Positions 1 to 14,120 of a DNA stretch of 64,000 nt are shown here, piece after piece. The position numbers and the translations under genes were made by a program. The first letter of the stretch is position 1; every line of letters begins with the position of its first letter. The DNA is from the human T2T-CHM13v2.0 reference genome, Homo sapiens. The stretch lies in the NCBI RefSeq assembly GCF_009914755.1, contig NC_060930.1; one strand, written 5' to 3'. Under the pieces are notes generated by a model, which did not search any database, was not told where the DNA came from, and worked only from the letters and a program-made list of their open reading frames with translations.

Positions 1-1832
1 GATTATTAGTATGTGATATTATGAGAAAACTGAAGTAAATTGATACAAAAAGAATCTAAGTCTCAAGTAAATATCCTCTGCAATATAAGGATTTTAATAA
101 CATTGCCTTTAATTTGCTCCCATAGACACAAACTGCTTTGTTGATGTCTCTTGCTCCACACACTTAAAAATCTAGCCACAAACTGAGCTTTTTATGCTAA
201 TTGTACTATTTTTAGACTCTTGATACAATGTAGAGTTTAAGCACATTGATTAGCTTGCTGAAAAATGATATACTTTTGAAAAGTGTTAGGAGGCAGAGGC
301 AGAAGTCCCAGTTTGTCAACCAAATGCTCCTTGACGGCTGTAGACAGTGTTTCGTCTGGACTTCAGTTTCCTTGGCTGTAAAAGAAAGGGGTGTGATAGG
401 TCTTCTCTGCCTCTTCCAGGCCGACAAGTAACCCTTTTACTGTGGTCTCTTAGGAAATGTTCAAGTTGTTTTCAATGAACACTCAAAATTTTTCCACCTT
501 GAAGGTTTAGAACAAATAGTAACTATTTATTACTAACTACTAAGCTGCCCTGTAAGTATTCTGGGGTTAGTTTTTGCTGCTTACTAAGAGAAGGTGGTTA
601 AGAAAATTGGAGATGATTACCCAATATTTACCAAGTACCTTTTATCTTGAAGGTTCTATCCTGGTTTTGGGAGAAAGTCACAGAGATGGCATTTATGACC
701 TCAAGAGTAGAAAACAGGAAACATAGAGAGAGTTGCTCTGTGGTTTAACTTTCTTAACAAATTCTATCAGATGCTCATTTTCTACTAAAATGAGTAAATC
801 CATGCGCTGCTCCCACTTTCCCATGCTCTGAGCGCGTGGTTTGGAGCCCCTGGTGTGCATGTGAGGCTTTCTTAGGAGCTGCAGGGCGAGGGCTGTGAAG
901 ACACAGCTGCTCCAGGGGCTCCAGGGAGGCCAAAGGGGTCGCCCCTGGGGCAGATGTCTATGGGAGAAGCCCAAGGGACGCAGAGGCCAGGGGAGGAGCA
1001 CACACCACAGGCAGATGTGTGGGGGAGGAGCCCAAAGGACAGAGAACCAGCAGGCAGGCCCTGGGTCAAGCCCCGTGATGTCCCAGGAGGAGGGGAGGAG
1101 GGCGGAGTCGGAAGGGAGCGAGGGAGCCAGGGAGGCAGGGCCCTCTGAGGGCAGGGAGTTCTCCATGAAGTTCCAGAAGCCAATGACCAGATCGGCGCAT
1201 GCAAACAGCTTAAAAGAAAACATTAGGCACTGGTGGCTTCGCTCTAAATGAACAGTTCTTAAAACTGCTTTCAGTTCTAGCCATAATAAAGGCATTTGAA
1301 TTATGTTGCTTTTGATGAAACTATAAAGATATTGGCTTTTATACAGTATCATGCCAGAAACAAATTTATAACATTGTTATGGTATAACAGCAGGAATACT
1401 TGGAATACACATTTTTCAGCTGAGCTCTAAGAATTACTTTTCCCTTGCCCCAGGTTGGCAATTAAGAACTATAACTTACTTCCACCCCACTCCACCTCAC
1501 CCTACCCCAGAAACAAAGAAAAACAAACACGCAAACAAAACCAGGAAGGTAGGTTAGGAAATGTGGGCATTGAAGGTAAATGAAAATACATGAAAAAAAG
1601 TTCATGTCTTAACATCTGTCCGTCCTGTCCACACAGTCTTCTGTCCTCCCTGTCTGTCCCCTGCTTTCCTGTCATGGCTGTTGCTCTCTACAATCCTTAG
1701 AATGTCGGCACCACAGCAGGAGGCAGGCTTACCCAGGGACTGATACCCTGACGCCCTGAGCACAGACAGCAGGTTCAGGGCTGAATGCAGCCAGTGTGGC
1801 TCCAGGGTGCTAGGGTGACAGGGCACACGGCA

Positions 1833-2168
1833 GTCCTAGGAGGGAGCGAGAAGCCAGAGTGACCGTAATCATACAACGATTTCCAACAACAAAGGAGAGA
1901 CGCACACAGCTGGGGCGGTCCTAGGAGGGAGCGAGAAGCCAGAGTGACCGTAATCATACAACGATTTCCAACAACAAAGGAGAGACGCACACAGCTGGGG
2001 CGGTCCTAGGAGGGAGCGAGAAGCCAGAGTGACCGTAATCATACAACGATTTCCAACAACAAAGGAGAGACGCACACAGCTGGGGCGGTCCTAGGAGGGA
2101 GCGAGAAGCCAGAGTGACTGTAATCATACAACGATTTCCAACAACAAAGGAGAGACGCACACAGCTGG
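1833..2168. repeat. 85-bp tandem repeat, about 4 near-identical copies
   Basis: gtcctaggagggagcgagaagccagag... recurs at 1833, 1918, 2003 and 2088. Confidence 0.95.
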
Positions 2169-5100
2169 TGGGTATCTGCAGTGAGCACCAAGTGGCTTCC
2201 GGGGGTTTCTTTTAGAAAACTTGCCCGTCCTTAGGTTCACTGTTGTGATTTAATCCCTTAGATTCTGTTCACCAGCGACTAAACTACCAAGGCGTATGGT
2301 GACTTGGTTTGTTAGGAAGTCCAACCATAACATTTGGAAATCATTGGAGCCTCAGCTGTCTACTGTGAGGCATGTTATAAATAACTGGGAAAGCAGAACG
2401 TTTTTCAGTTTTCCAGTTCAAAGGAATAATCTGGAACTGTCTATAACCCTACGCTACTCCAGTGCACTCCACCCATCCAAATACTGAGACAGTCCTGAAA
2501 GCGTTTCATTAAATCTCACCTTACCGCAGAGGGCAAAGATACTAATCAAGTGGTTTTGTTCTAGCAGGCCATCTTTGCTCCTGACGCTGGGAGAATACGC
2601 ATTTCTAACTGTGACCTAAGGCTCTGGTTCTGGGGCGGCACTGGAGGAGAGGGAAGACAGCTGCTAGGCCACGCGTACATGAAGATGATCCACACTGCAG
2701 CGCTCGTTGTCAGCTTTCAATGTTCCCACGCACAGAGCTAGCTCGTCTAGCTCCATCACTGCACCCCTAGCCCCGGCCCAACAGAGCTGTGTGGCACAGC
2801 TGGCTGAGCTGTCATCATATGTGCAGACACCAGAGGCTTCCCTGGCTCTGCAGGGCAGGCCTGAAGCCAAGGGATCAAAAGAAAGGCAGGTTTTCCAATG
2901 CCCCACGAAGTCTTCTGACTAAACTGTTTAAGAACAGCAACAAATTCAGGGCTAACATTCACACCAAATGTAGCCAAGACCAGGAGGAAATAATAGCTGG
3001 GCTGGGGGAAGAGGATGCCAAGACGGTAGCATCTACGCAAGTATCTGTCACTATCTGTGTACCACAGGGCACACAGCTGTGAAGCATGTAAATGAGTTTT
3101 GGAGAGAGTCCCTCCATAATTAGATAAACAAAACCAGGTCAAGTGACAAAAAATCCCTAATGCTTTCCATAGCACCTCAGAAGCCTAAATTCTCAGAGTT
3201 CCTAGTACAGATATAGAATATGACAGAAGAAACACACACACCTTCCCCAGCGCCTCACTGACGGAGAGACCACGGTAGAGGGAACGCAGGCAGCCTTTCT
3301 CACCTGCCTGGTGGGAGCAGGTCCAGCTGGCAATGACCTGAATGGAAGTGGTGGTGCTGCTGGAATATGAGAAGGGACCATGACTGATGCTGCCACAGCC
3401 CGCCCAGCTGTAGAACTGACTTTGGGGTGAGACTGAACGAGAGCTATGGGGTTAGAAAAAGCCAGTTGGGGGTAGACAGGGTGGACAGAGACACAGTGTG
3501 GAAAGAAATAAAAGAGAAGAAGGAAGATGTTCATATTTCATATTCCATCAATTCCTCCCAACGGCTGATTCTACGAAGCAAGGAAACCAGCATGAGTGTG
3601 GAACATGGCACCCTATGGCGAGGCTGTACTGTCAGGACCCAGGGCCCACCTGAAGAGACTCCCACAAAGAGGGCACAACTAAATTAAAAAAAAATCAACT
3701 ACAATGAATTGAAGCTCATCAAATTATGTTTACATCATGACTTCATAAAGGTAATCAAAAAATAAAAAAATACCTTAGTAATGACCTTTGAGAAATACTA
3801 GCAAACCAACTCATTCTGAAAACTGCTAACTAATCAGGCATCTATCCTGCCCCTCCTGTATGAACTGTACTTCAGAGCTTAATGAAAAAAACTTATTTAG
3901 TGTTCCAGCTAACAATTATTATTTTCAATTTCTAATAAGAAATAGATTATGAAAACAATTACCAATGGTGCTAAAACCATTAGATGAAAAGTTTATGGTG
4001 AACTTTTAAAGGGTATACCAAGCTGATAACACTTGAATTCAATTTTCAATCTTATCATCAAAAGCAGAGACAACCAAACATAAGGTATCTCCTGATGGAA
4101 GTAAACAATATAAAATCAAACCTCAAACTGATAGCTTCATTATTAACCACAAATTTATAGGAAACATAAGGGACAAAGGAACAGGTTAAATGACACCATG
4201 AGGAAGCTATCTGAAAAATATAGAATATGAGAAAATCTACAGAACAAAAAACCCGATTTATTCATTTAAAGATGGGTGGGTAACAGGCAAACAACCACTT
4301 CACTGAGCACCAAAAGTGACTCAAGAGAGGTTTATTTTTCTTAATTAAGAGACATATCAACCAAAAGTAATGTGTGGACCTTGACTGAATCCTGATACGA
4401 ACAAACTGTCTAAAAAGCTTCTACAAGAATTTGAACATTGACTAAATAGCTGATAAAATTAAGGAATTACTGTTAACTTTCTCCAGATCTCATAATGGTA
4501 TTATGATTACGTTTCTTTAAAAAAAATCAGTCCTTATCTTATCTGTGTATGGATGAAATGATCGAATATCTGGGATTTACTTCAAAATAACAGATCTCAG
4601 AGGCAGTGGGGAGCCCAGGGGCACAGATCAGACAAGACTGGCTGTGAGATGATCGCTGCTTAAGTCGGCCAACAGGTCAACTGGATTTGTCAGACTGTTC
4701 GGTTTGGAGATATGTCTCAAAATTTCCATAACCAAAAGTTTTTAAATGACTTGGACTGTTTATTTGTACAATAGTATGTTAGTTTACCCTGATGCCAAAC
4801 AGCATAGTTTATAGCTATCAATTTAATACATAATAAAATAAATACTTTAGCAGATAAGACATGCAATGAAGAAAATATGTAGGCCACGGGTCATCTTGAA
4901 GTTAATAAATTTCACATTTAAGACCATTTGAGCCAACAACTAGCTTTATTGAAAAATGCTTGGCAGACAAAGAAACTATAACCAAATGCCTAAAGCATTG
5001 GACAAATGGTTTTACAGCACTGACTCTAATATATCAAACAGCTTATAAAGAAGAAGAAAATATCTGAAAACAAGCAAGATTAATGAAACTGTTGTTTTCT

Positions 5101-5412
5101 TAAAAAAAGATGACCAATGAAAATTATACTCCTTTAGAAAATGTAAAATTCCTTTTTGCTTTAAAGAGATTAAGTACAAGACTATTAATATCTACCTCCA
5201 AACTTCGTAAATGTAATTCAGAATAGTCCTAGGGATTGATAGTTTTCCATCAGAGTTCAGTAAAGAAAAAAAGATTATTGACTTAGGCTTCCCTCTTCAG
5301 AGATGAAGTCCACTCAACTGGTATCCGTTTTGATCAAAAGCAGAAGTCGTAAAGTGCCAAGTACTCAATGACAAGGACACAGAACCCCGTGAGGGATGGG
5401 TGGGTGACAGGG

Positions 5413-8400
5413 AAACCATCACCCACCGAGCGCCGACACTCACCGTCCACACTCGGAGACGAAAACCACCACCCACCGAGCGCCGACACTCACCGTCCAC
5501 ACTCGGAGACGAAAACCACCACCCACCGAGCGCCGACACTCACCGTCCACACTCGGAGACGAGAACCACCACCCACCGAGCGCCGACACTCACCGTCCAC
5601 ACTCGGAGACGAGAACCAACACCCACCGAGCGCCTACACTCACCGTCCACACTCGGAGACGAGAACCACCACCCGAGCGCCGACACTCACCGTCCACACT
5701 CGGAGACGAGAACCACCACGCACCGAGCGCCGACACTCACCGTCCACACTCGGAGACGAGAACCACCACCCACCGAGCGCCGACACTCACCGTCCACACT
5801 CGGAGACGAGAACCACCACCCACCGAGCGCCGACACTCACCGTCCACACTCGGAGACGAGAACCACCACGCACCGAGCGCCGACACTCACCGTCCACACT
5901 CGGAGACGAAACCACCACGCACCGAGCGCCGACACTCACCGTCCACACTCGGAGACGAGAACCACCACGCACCGAGCGCCGACACTCACCGTCCACACTC
6001 GGAGACGAGAACCACCACCCACCGAGCGCCGACACTCACCGTCCACACTCGGAGACGAGAACCACCACCCACCGAGCGCCGACACTCACCGTCCACACTC
6101 GGAGACGAGAACCACCACCCACCGAGCGCCGACACTCACCGTCCACACTCGGAGACGAGAACCACCACCCACCGAGCGCCGACACTCACCGTCCACACTC
6201 GGAGACGAGAACCACCACCCACCGAGCGCCGACACTCACCGTCCACACTCGGAGACGAGAACCACCACCCACCGAGCGCCGACACTCACCGTCCACACTC
6301 GGAGACGAGAACCACCACCCACCGAGCGCCGACACTCACCGTCCACACTCGGAGAGGAGAACCACCACCCACCGAGCGCCGACACTCACCGTCCACACTC
6401 GGAGAGGAGAACCACCACCCACCGAGCGCCGACACTCACCGTCCACACTCGGAGACGAGAACCACCACCCACCGAGCGCCGACACTCACCGTCCACACTC
6501 GGAGACGAGAACCACCACGCACCGAGCGCCGACACTCACCGTCCACACTCGGAGACGAGAACCACCACGCACCGAGCGCCGACACTCACCGTCCACACTC
6601 GGAGACGAGAACCACCACCCACCGAGCGCCGACACTCACCGTCCACACTCGGAGACGAGAACCACCACGCACCGAGCGCCGACACTCACCGTCCACACTC
6701 GGAGACGAGAACCACCACGCACCGAGCGCCGACACTCACCGTCCACACTCGGAGACGAGAACCACCACCCACCGAGCGCCGACACTCACCGTCCACACTC
6801 GGAGACGAGAACCACCACCCACCGAGCGCCGACACTCACCGTCCACACTCGGAGACGAGAACCACCACCCACCGAGCGCCGACACTCACCGTCCACACTC
6901 GGAGACGAGAACCACCACCCACCGAGCGCCGACACTCACCGTCCACACTCGGAGACGAGAACCACCACCCACCGAGCGCCGACACTCACCGTCCACACTC
7001 GGAGACGAGAACCACCACCCACCGAGCGCCGACACTCACCGTCCACACTCGGAGACGAGAACCACCACCCACCGAGCGCCGACACTCACCGTCCACACTC
7101 GGAGACGAGAACCACCACCCACCGAGCGCCGACACTCACCGTCCACACTCGGAGACGAGAACCACCACCCACCGAGCGCCGACACTCACCGTCCACACTC
7201 GGAGACGAGAACCACCACCCACCGAGCGCCGACACTCACCGTCCACACTCGGAGACGAGAACCACCACCCACCGAGCGCCGACACTCACCGTCCACACTC
7301 GGAGACGAGAACCACCACCCACCGAGCGCCGACACTCACCGTCCACACTCGGAGACGAGAACCACCACCCACCGAGCGCCGACACTCACCGTCCACACTC
7401 GGAGACGAGAACCACCACCCACCGAGCGCCGACACTCACCGTCCACACTCGGAGACGAGAACCACCACCCACCGAGCGCCGACACTCACCGTCCACACTC
7501 GGAGACGAGAACCACCACCCACCGAGCGCCGACACTCACCGTCCACACTCGGAGACGAGAACCACCACCCACCGAGCGCCGACACTCACCGTCCACACTC
7601 GGAGACGAGAACCACCACCCACCGAGCGCCGACACTCACCGTCCACACTCGGAGACGAAAACAACCACCCACCGAGCGCCGACACTCGCCGTCCACACTC
7701 GGAGATGAAAACAACCACGCACGGAGCGCCGACACTCACCGTCCACACTCGGACATGAAAACCACCACCCACCGAGCACCAACACTCACCGTCCACACTC
7801 GGAGATGAAAACCACCACCTATTGAGTGCCAACAATCACCGTCCACACTCGTAGATGAAAACCACCACCCACCGAGCGCCAACACTCACCGTCCACACTC
7901 GGACATGAAAATCACCACCCACCGAGCGCCAACACTCACCGTCCACACTCGGAGATGAAAACAACCACCCACCGAGCCCCGATACTCACCGTCCACACTC
8001 GGAGATGAAAACAACCGCCCACCGAGCGCCGACACTCGCCGTCCACACTCGGACATGAAAACCACCACCCATCGAGCGCCAACACTCACCGTCCACACTC
8101 GGAGATGAAAACAACCACCCACCGAGCCCCGACACTCACCGTCCACACTCGGAGATGAAAACAACCGCCCACCGAGCGCCGACACTCACCGTCCACACTC
8201 GGACATGAAAACAACCACCCACCGAGTGCCTACACTCACCGTCCACACTCGGAGATGAAAACAACCACCCACTGACTGCCAATACTCACCGTCCACACTC
8301 GGAGATGAAAACCACCACCCACTGAGCACCGACACGCACCGTCCACACTCGGAGACGAAAACCACCACCCACCGAGCGCCGACACTCACCGTCCACACTC

Positions 8401-8457
8401 GGAGATGAAAACCACCACGCACTGAGTGCCGACAGTCACTGTCCACACTCGGAGACA
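5413..8457. repeat. 50-bp CpG-rich VNTR, about 61 copies
   Basis: Unit accaccacccaccgagcgccgacactcaccgtccacactcggagacgaga, 6 CpG per unit. Homogeneous core, diverged right end. Confidence 0.98.
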
Positions 8458-8623
8458 AAAACAGATTCTGAAAAGTGTCCCAACAAACAGCACTAGGAAT
8501 ATGATGTTCATGATGGTAGCCTTAAAATTCTGTGGGGCTCAAAGTGTCTTTAGAATAATGAAGAAAGGTAGAACTACATTTAGGAGATCTTTGGTGTTAC
8601 AGTATTTTATAGCATTTGAATTC

Positions 8624-8921
8624 TTTTTTTTTTTTTTCCTGAGACAGGGTCTGTCTGTCACCCAGGCTGGTGTGCAGTGATGGGATCTTGGCTCACCACG
8701 CCTTGACCTCCCAGGCTCACGTGATCCTCCCACCTCAGCCTCCTGAGTAGCTGGGACCACAGGTATGTGCCACCATGCCCAGCTAATTTTTGTGTTTTTT
8801 TGTAGGGATGGGGTCTCACTATGTTGCCCAGGTTGGTCTCTAACTCCTGGGCTCAAGCGATTCACCTACCTCAGCCTCCCAAAGTGCTGGGATTACAGGT
8901 GTGAACCACCATGCCTGGTCT
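8624..8921 (-). mobile_element. Alu (old, AluJ-like)
   Basis: Poly-T followed by reverse-complement Alu dimer. Confidence 0.9.
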
Positions 8922-9261
8922 CGAATTCTTTGTAAATGGGGTGTCCATGTTATTTTTGGTTATTTATCCTAATTAATAAACCAAAGTTCTCTTTTTGACA
9001 TTTATTGAATAAAAAATAGTTGACTCAATTTGACTTTCTGTTGAAAATAACTATTAATATAAAAAACCCAAGGGTAAATTTCGTATTTTATTGATGTTCA
9101 TTTTCACCTATCATCTATGGCTTGAGTAACCCTTACCAAGGCATTAGCTAATCAACTAATAACTGAATAAATCTATTACTGGATGCTTACTCCAAGCCAG
9201 GTGCCTGGCTAATCATGGATACAGAGAGGAGACACAAGCAGGAGGGTTCACATCCAGACAG

Positions 9262-9849
9262 GTGGACCAGCAGGACAGTGTGTGGTGAGCACTGTGAGCT
9301 GGGCTGGTCTTAGGTGAAATGATGGTACAGCAAGGTGTCTCCAGGCCTCAGGCAGGTCCACGCGGACTGCAGGACAGCGTGTGGGGGAGCATTGAGCTGG
9401 GCTGGGCACAGGTGAAATGATGGTACAGCAAGGTGTCTCCAGGCCTCAGCCAGGCCCATGCGGACTGCAGGACAGCGTGTGGGGAGCACTGTGAGCTGGG
9501 CTGGGCTCAGGTGAAATGATGGGGACAGCAAGGTGTCTCTAGGTCTCAGGCAGGTCCATGCGGACTGCAGGACAGCGTGTGGGGAGCGCTGAACTGGGCT
9601 GGGCTCAAGTGAACTGATGGGGACAGCAAAGTGTCTCCAGGCCTCAGCCAGGCCCACGTGGACGACATGACAGTGTGTGGGAAGCATTGAACTGGGCTGG
9701 GCTCAGGTGAAATGATGGTGCAGCAAGGTGTCTCCAGGTCTCAGGCAGGTCCATGCGGACTGCAGGACAGCGTGTGGGGGAGCATTGAGCTGGGCTGGGC
9801 TCAGGTGAAATGATGGTGCAGCAAGGTGTCTCCAGGCCTCAGCCAGGTC
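9262..9849. repeat. ~99-bp diverged tandem repeat, about 6 copies
   Basis: gcaggacagcgtgtgggg...ggtgaaatgatggtacagcaaggtgtctccagg recurs at roughly 99-bp spacing. Confidence 0.9.
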
Positions 9850-12800
9850 TGAGGGGATGAAAGGAAGGTCAAGTGAAGGCAGCAGTGTGCTTGAGGGCAT
9901 CTGGGAAAGGGAATGCTGGGTCTTTGAGGACTAGCAATGGCCCAGTGTGGACTGAGTACAGATGACCAGGAACGGCTGGTATGAAGAGATGAGGCTTCAG
10001 AGCTAAGCAGGTCAGCACATGACCAGTACTAAAGCTGTTTTCCTCCAAAGGCCAGGCGCCATGAAATGGCTGTGAGGAAAGAAGAAACCTGAACAAAAAT
10101 GAACTTCGAAAGAATATTTCAGCAGGATTTGAGGGAGTGAGACTGGAGAGGAAGAGATCAGATAGGGAAAAAAAAATCTGTTCTGACAGGTAACATCTGA
10201 AAATCTAAATCTGATAGGTAAGATAAAGAAACCAGAGATGGGATGGCGCTATGCAGAAAGGGACATTTAGAGCCTCTGCTGGCCAAGGGGGTGTGTCCAA
10301 GTGCTACCAGTTTGGTGTCCTTCAAATGGAGAACATTCAGGGCACACTCTTGAGATCAGTACCCTGGCTCCCCAGATGCTGAGGGAGCACACTCGTGCTT
10401 ACCACCTTGGTTAAGTGAGAACGCAGTGCGTCCACCTCCTACGCACAGAACTGTCGGCTTCTCTATTTATGCTTTAAACCTGGAAATCAGAAACTGCTAT
10501 TTGAACAACTTGGAAAACTTGGACAGTGCTTTGTATAGTATAGACTTGGTAATATTTGTTGACTTTATGAATGAAAAATGTACTTTCTATCTGTACATGA
10601 AGTATTTTGTAGACATTGAGTATACAGATTAAGAGATTAATTTCACTTTATTCTACTCTTGCTGTTTCAAACATGTATATTTTCATATCTATGAATTCAA
10701 GTTAGACTAAGTTTAAACAGGGCAATGAATGTATGGTTTATTTTGGCAGGTGCCAAAGTATAATCAGTTCTTTTAAAAAAATTGTTTGTTTTTTGAGACA
10801 GGGTCTCTCCCTGTTGCCCAGGCTGGAGTGCAGTGGTGCAATCATAGCTCACTATAACCCTGAAGCCCTGGCCTCAAATGACCTTATTGGTGATATCACT
10901 AACTCATATGATTAAAATGCAGCTTTCTAAATTCCTCTTAAAAATGTACAATGGGGAATGGAAAACTACCTCTATTTTCCGCTGAATTGATAACGTGAAT
11001 ACAATGTTATTATTTGAAGGTGATGTTTGGGGTAGTATGAAGGTGTGGGTGGGGTGCAGAGCTGAACTAAGACATTACAATATATCTAGATGCTTCCACC
11101 AAAACTGAAAAAGCCGCAAAGGGAGGAGAACTTGAAGTTTGATTATGTTAAACAGAGGGGGTAGCTCTGCTTATGGATTTATTTTTTTATTGATAGAAAA
11201 GTAAGAGCAATATATGCTGAGTGGAAAGAAAAATGTCTTATAATCCTTATTCGGTCATTCATTAGGACATTTACGTATGGGGAAGAACCACCAGACTCGG
11301 CAATGACTGTAATTACGTAGAGGTGTCATCTTGTGAAGAGGTCAGCATGGCTCCTGCCTCTGGTCGTCCCATGACTACCAAACACCACGGCACATCTGTA
11401 TCTATGTAAGAAACCTGCACGCTCTGCACATGTGTCCCAGAACTTAAAGGAAAATGAAATAAAATAAAAATAAATAAAACAAAAATTTCAAACATTAAAA
11501 AAAAGAAGCCCTACTTAGTCATAATGAATTAGTGTTCCACTGCATGGACAATAGTGCTTTGATCTGCTAAAAATAATTGTTACAATTTTTTGTTCCAACG
11601 TTCATGAGGGACGCTAGTCTGTAATTTTCTCTCCTTGTAATGTTCTTGTCATATTTTTGATTTGGGGTTATGCAGGTTTCATAAAATAAGATTGAATATG
11701 CTTCCTATTATATTTTCTGATAAAGTTTGTATAAAATTGGTATTATTTATTCCTTAAATGTTACATAGAACTTATCAGTAAAACCATTTGGACTTGGAAT
11801 TTTCCACAAAGAAAGGTCTTTGATTGTGAATTCAACTTAATAAATATAGAAATTTTTCTATATTTAATCATCTTTTAAAAAATCAAAAGTCAAAACCCAA
11901 AAAGTTTGTCTTTTCTATTTTCCCACATATCAACCATTTCTGATTCTTTTTATTCCTTCCTTTAGATTCAAGTTTCCATCGAGTGTGAGTTTCTTTGGCT
12001 GCATCCCTCTGTGCCTTCTGCAGGAGTGCTGGGCACCTGCTGCAGTCGTGGACGGCCCTCAGATCTGGCTGGTGCAAGCTCCCCTCCTGCAAGGGTTCAA
12101 GCGCCCCCTCCAGTCTGTCTGCTTTTGACGGCTCTCCAGTGCTTCTCACAGCTGGGTTTCTATATTCTGTGCAGAGTTCAATTTTTAACTGTGGAACGGT
12201 TAGTCTGATAAGTTCTTCCTCTATTACTGAAACCAAAATTCCTCTGAAGCTTGCACTTTTTATTCTGTGGTAGTTCTAATTAAGAAAGCATGCTACATTT
12301 TATCATTAATTTTAGGATAGTTCCATCACAGGCTTACATAAAGGCATTGTAAAAACTTTCTAAGTGTAAGATAGTGCTACTACTAAGCTAACTTTACTAG
12401 GTTTTTCTTCACAAATTTACCCAAAGTGGAATTTATTCCATTTTCAAATGTCTAATAAAATGTTGAACATTGTTCAATGAGTGTTCTTGCAATGACTAGA
12501 GGCTTTCCTCTAGACTGACATGAAGACATGATGGCAATAAGTCAGCAACTAGGACTCCTGAAAATATCAGGAAAAACTGTCAAATGACTTGCAGAAACCT
12601 AAATTCACCATGTATGCCATTTCTCTATCAAATCAAGTGTGTGTCCAAGAAGAAAACAAGTTAGTACTGCATGTGCCTGTTCTTTGTGGGTATGCTGTCT
12701 CCATGAAGTTTTTCATTTCTTTAAAATATAGAAATTTCTTTTTTTAAAATAAAAATACATCTATTCTGCCCCAATATTTTTAAAAACAAAATTTTAAAGT

Positions 12801-13394
12801 AGAAAATTAAAGTTTTCTAGCATGCTCCTTCTTATCCCCTTTCAAGATATGTGTATACATGTCAAATTGTACATATGAAATAGATACATTGTCTTTTTCA
12901 ATAAAAATGAGGAAAGAATGAATGCATGTCTCCTTAATCAACATTTTCTACCAATATATGTACAGTCCCCCACATATAGGTATGCATTTACTTATCCATC
13001 TATCCATCTCATCCATTATAAAGAAAGTATAATATTTGTTTAGATATATAACAAATTATCTAACCAATTCACTACTGATGGGCATTTAGTTTTTCAGATT
13101 CTACATATATTAAAAAATGTTTCAATAAACATCACTGTACATAATTCTTTACTTACTTCTGTAAAACTTTCCTTAAGACAAATTCTTAGACACAAAATTT
13201 CTAAGTAAATTCTATACATATAAATGTGTGCATACACACACACGCACACACACGTATGTGTATAGATGGGCCAATTTACACTCCTAGAAAGATGACGGAA
13301 TAGTTTTTTTCTCTGTACCTTTGCCAAAAAGCAGGTATTATCAAGCTTTACAGTATCTGTCAATCCAGAGGGTTTTAATAAAATGATACCCTAA

Positions 13395-13847
<453 letters not shown>

Positions 13848-13894
13848 TAATGGAGGCTGTTTATTGTCTAGCAACACAGCACAATGCCTAAAAT

Positions 13895-14120
13895 TAAGGG
13901 CTGCCTGGATTTGAACTCGGAACCCCTACCTCACCATTTCCTAGCTACATGAACTTGAGCAAGTCACTTAACTTCTTTGTGCTCAGTGGCTTCATCTATA
14001 AAATGAGAATAAAAATACTGCTTACTCCTTGAGGTGCTGTTATATAGATTAAATCAGGTGATTTATGCAAAGCCCTCTGCCTTGCACATGGTATATATGC
14101 AATAAATGCTGACTACGTTA
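13895..14120. mobile_element. MIR fragment
   Basis: acttgagcaagtcacttaacttctttgtgctcagtggcttcatctataaaatgagaataa resembles the MIR core. Confidence 0.75.

Noticed and set aside
693-1352. 219-aa and overlapping ORFs in a GC-rich patch
   Set aside because: Low-complexity ORFs open on both strands, with no recognisable protein and no coherent splice pattern.
5368-7808. 796-aa and 802-aa plus-strand ORFs
   Set aside because: Artefact of a T-poor 50-bp repeat that lacks stop codons in all frames. The peptide is simply the repeat cycling through frames, antisense to EXOC2.
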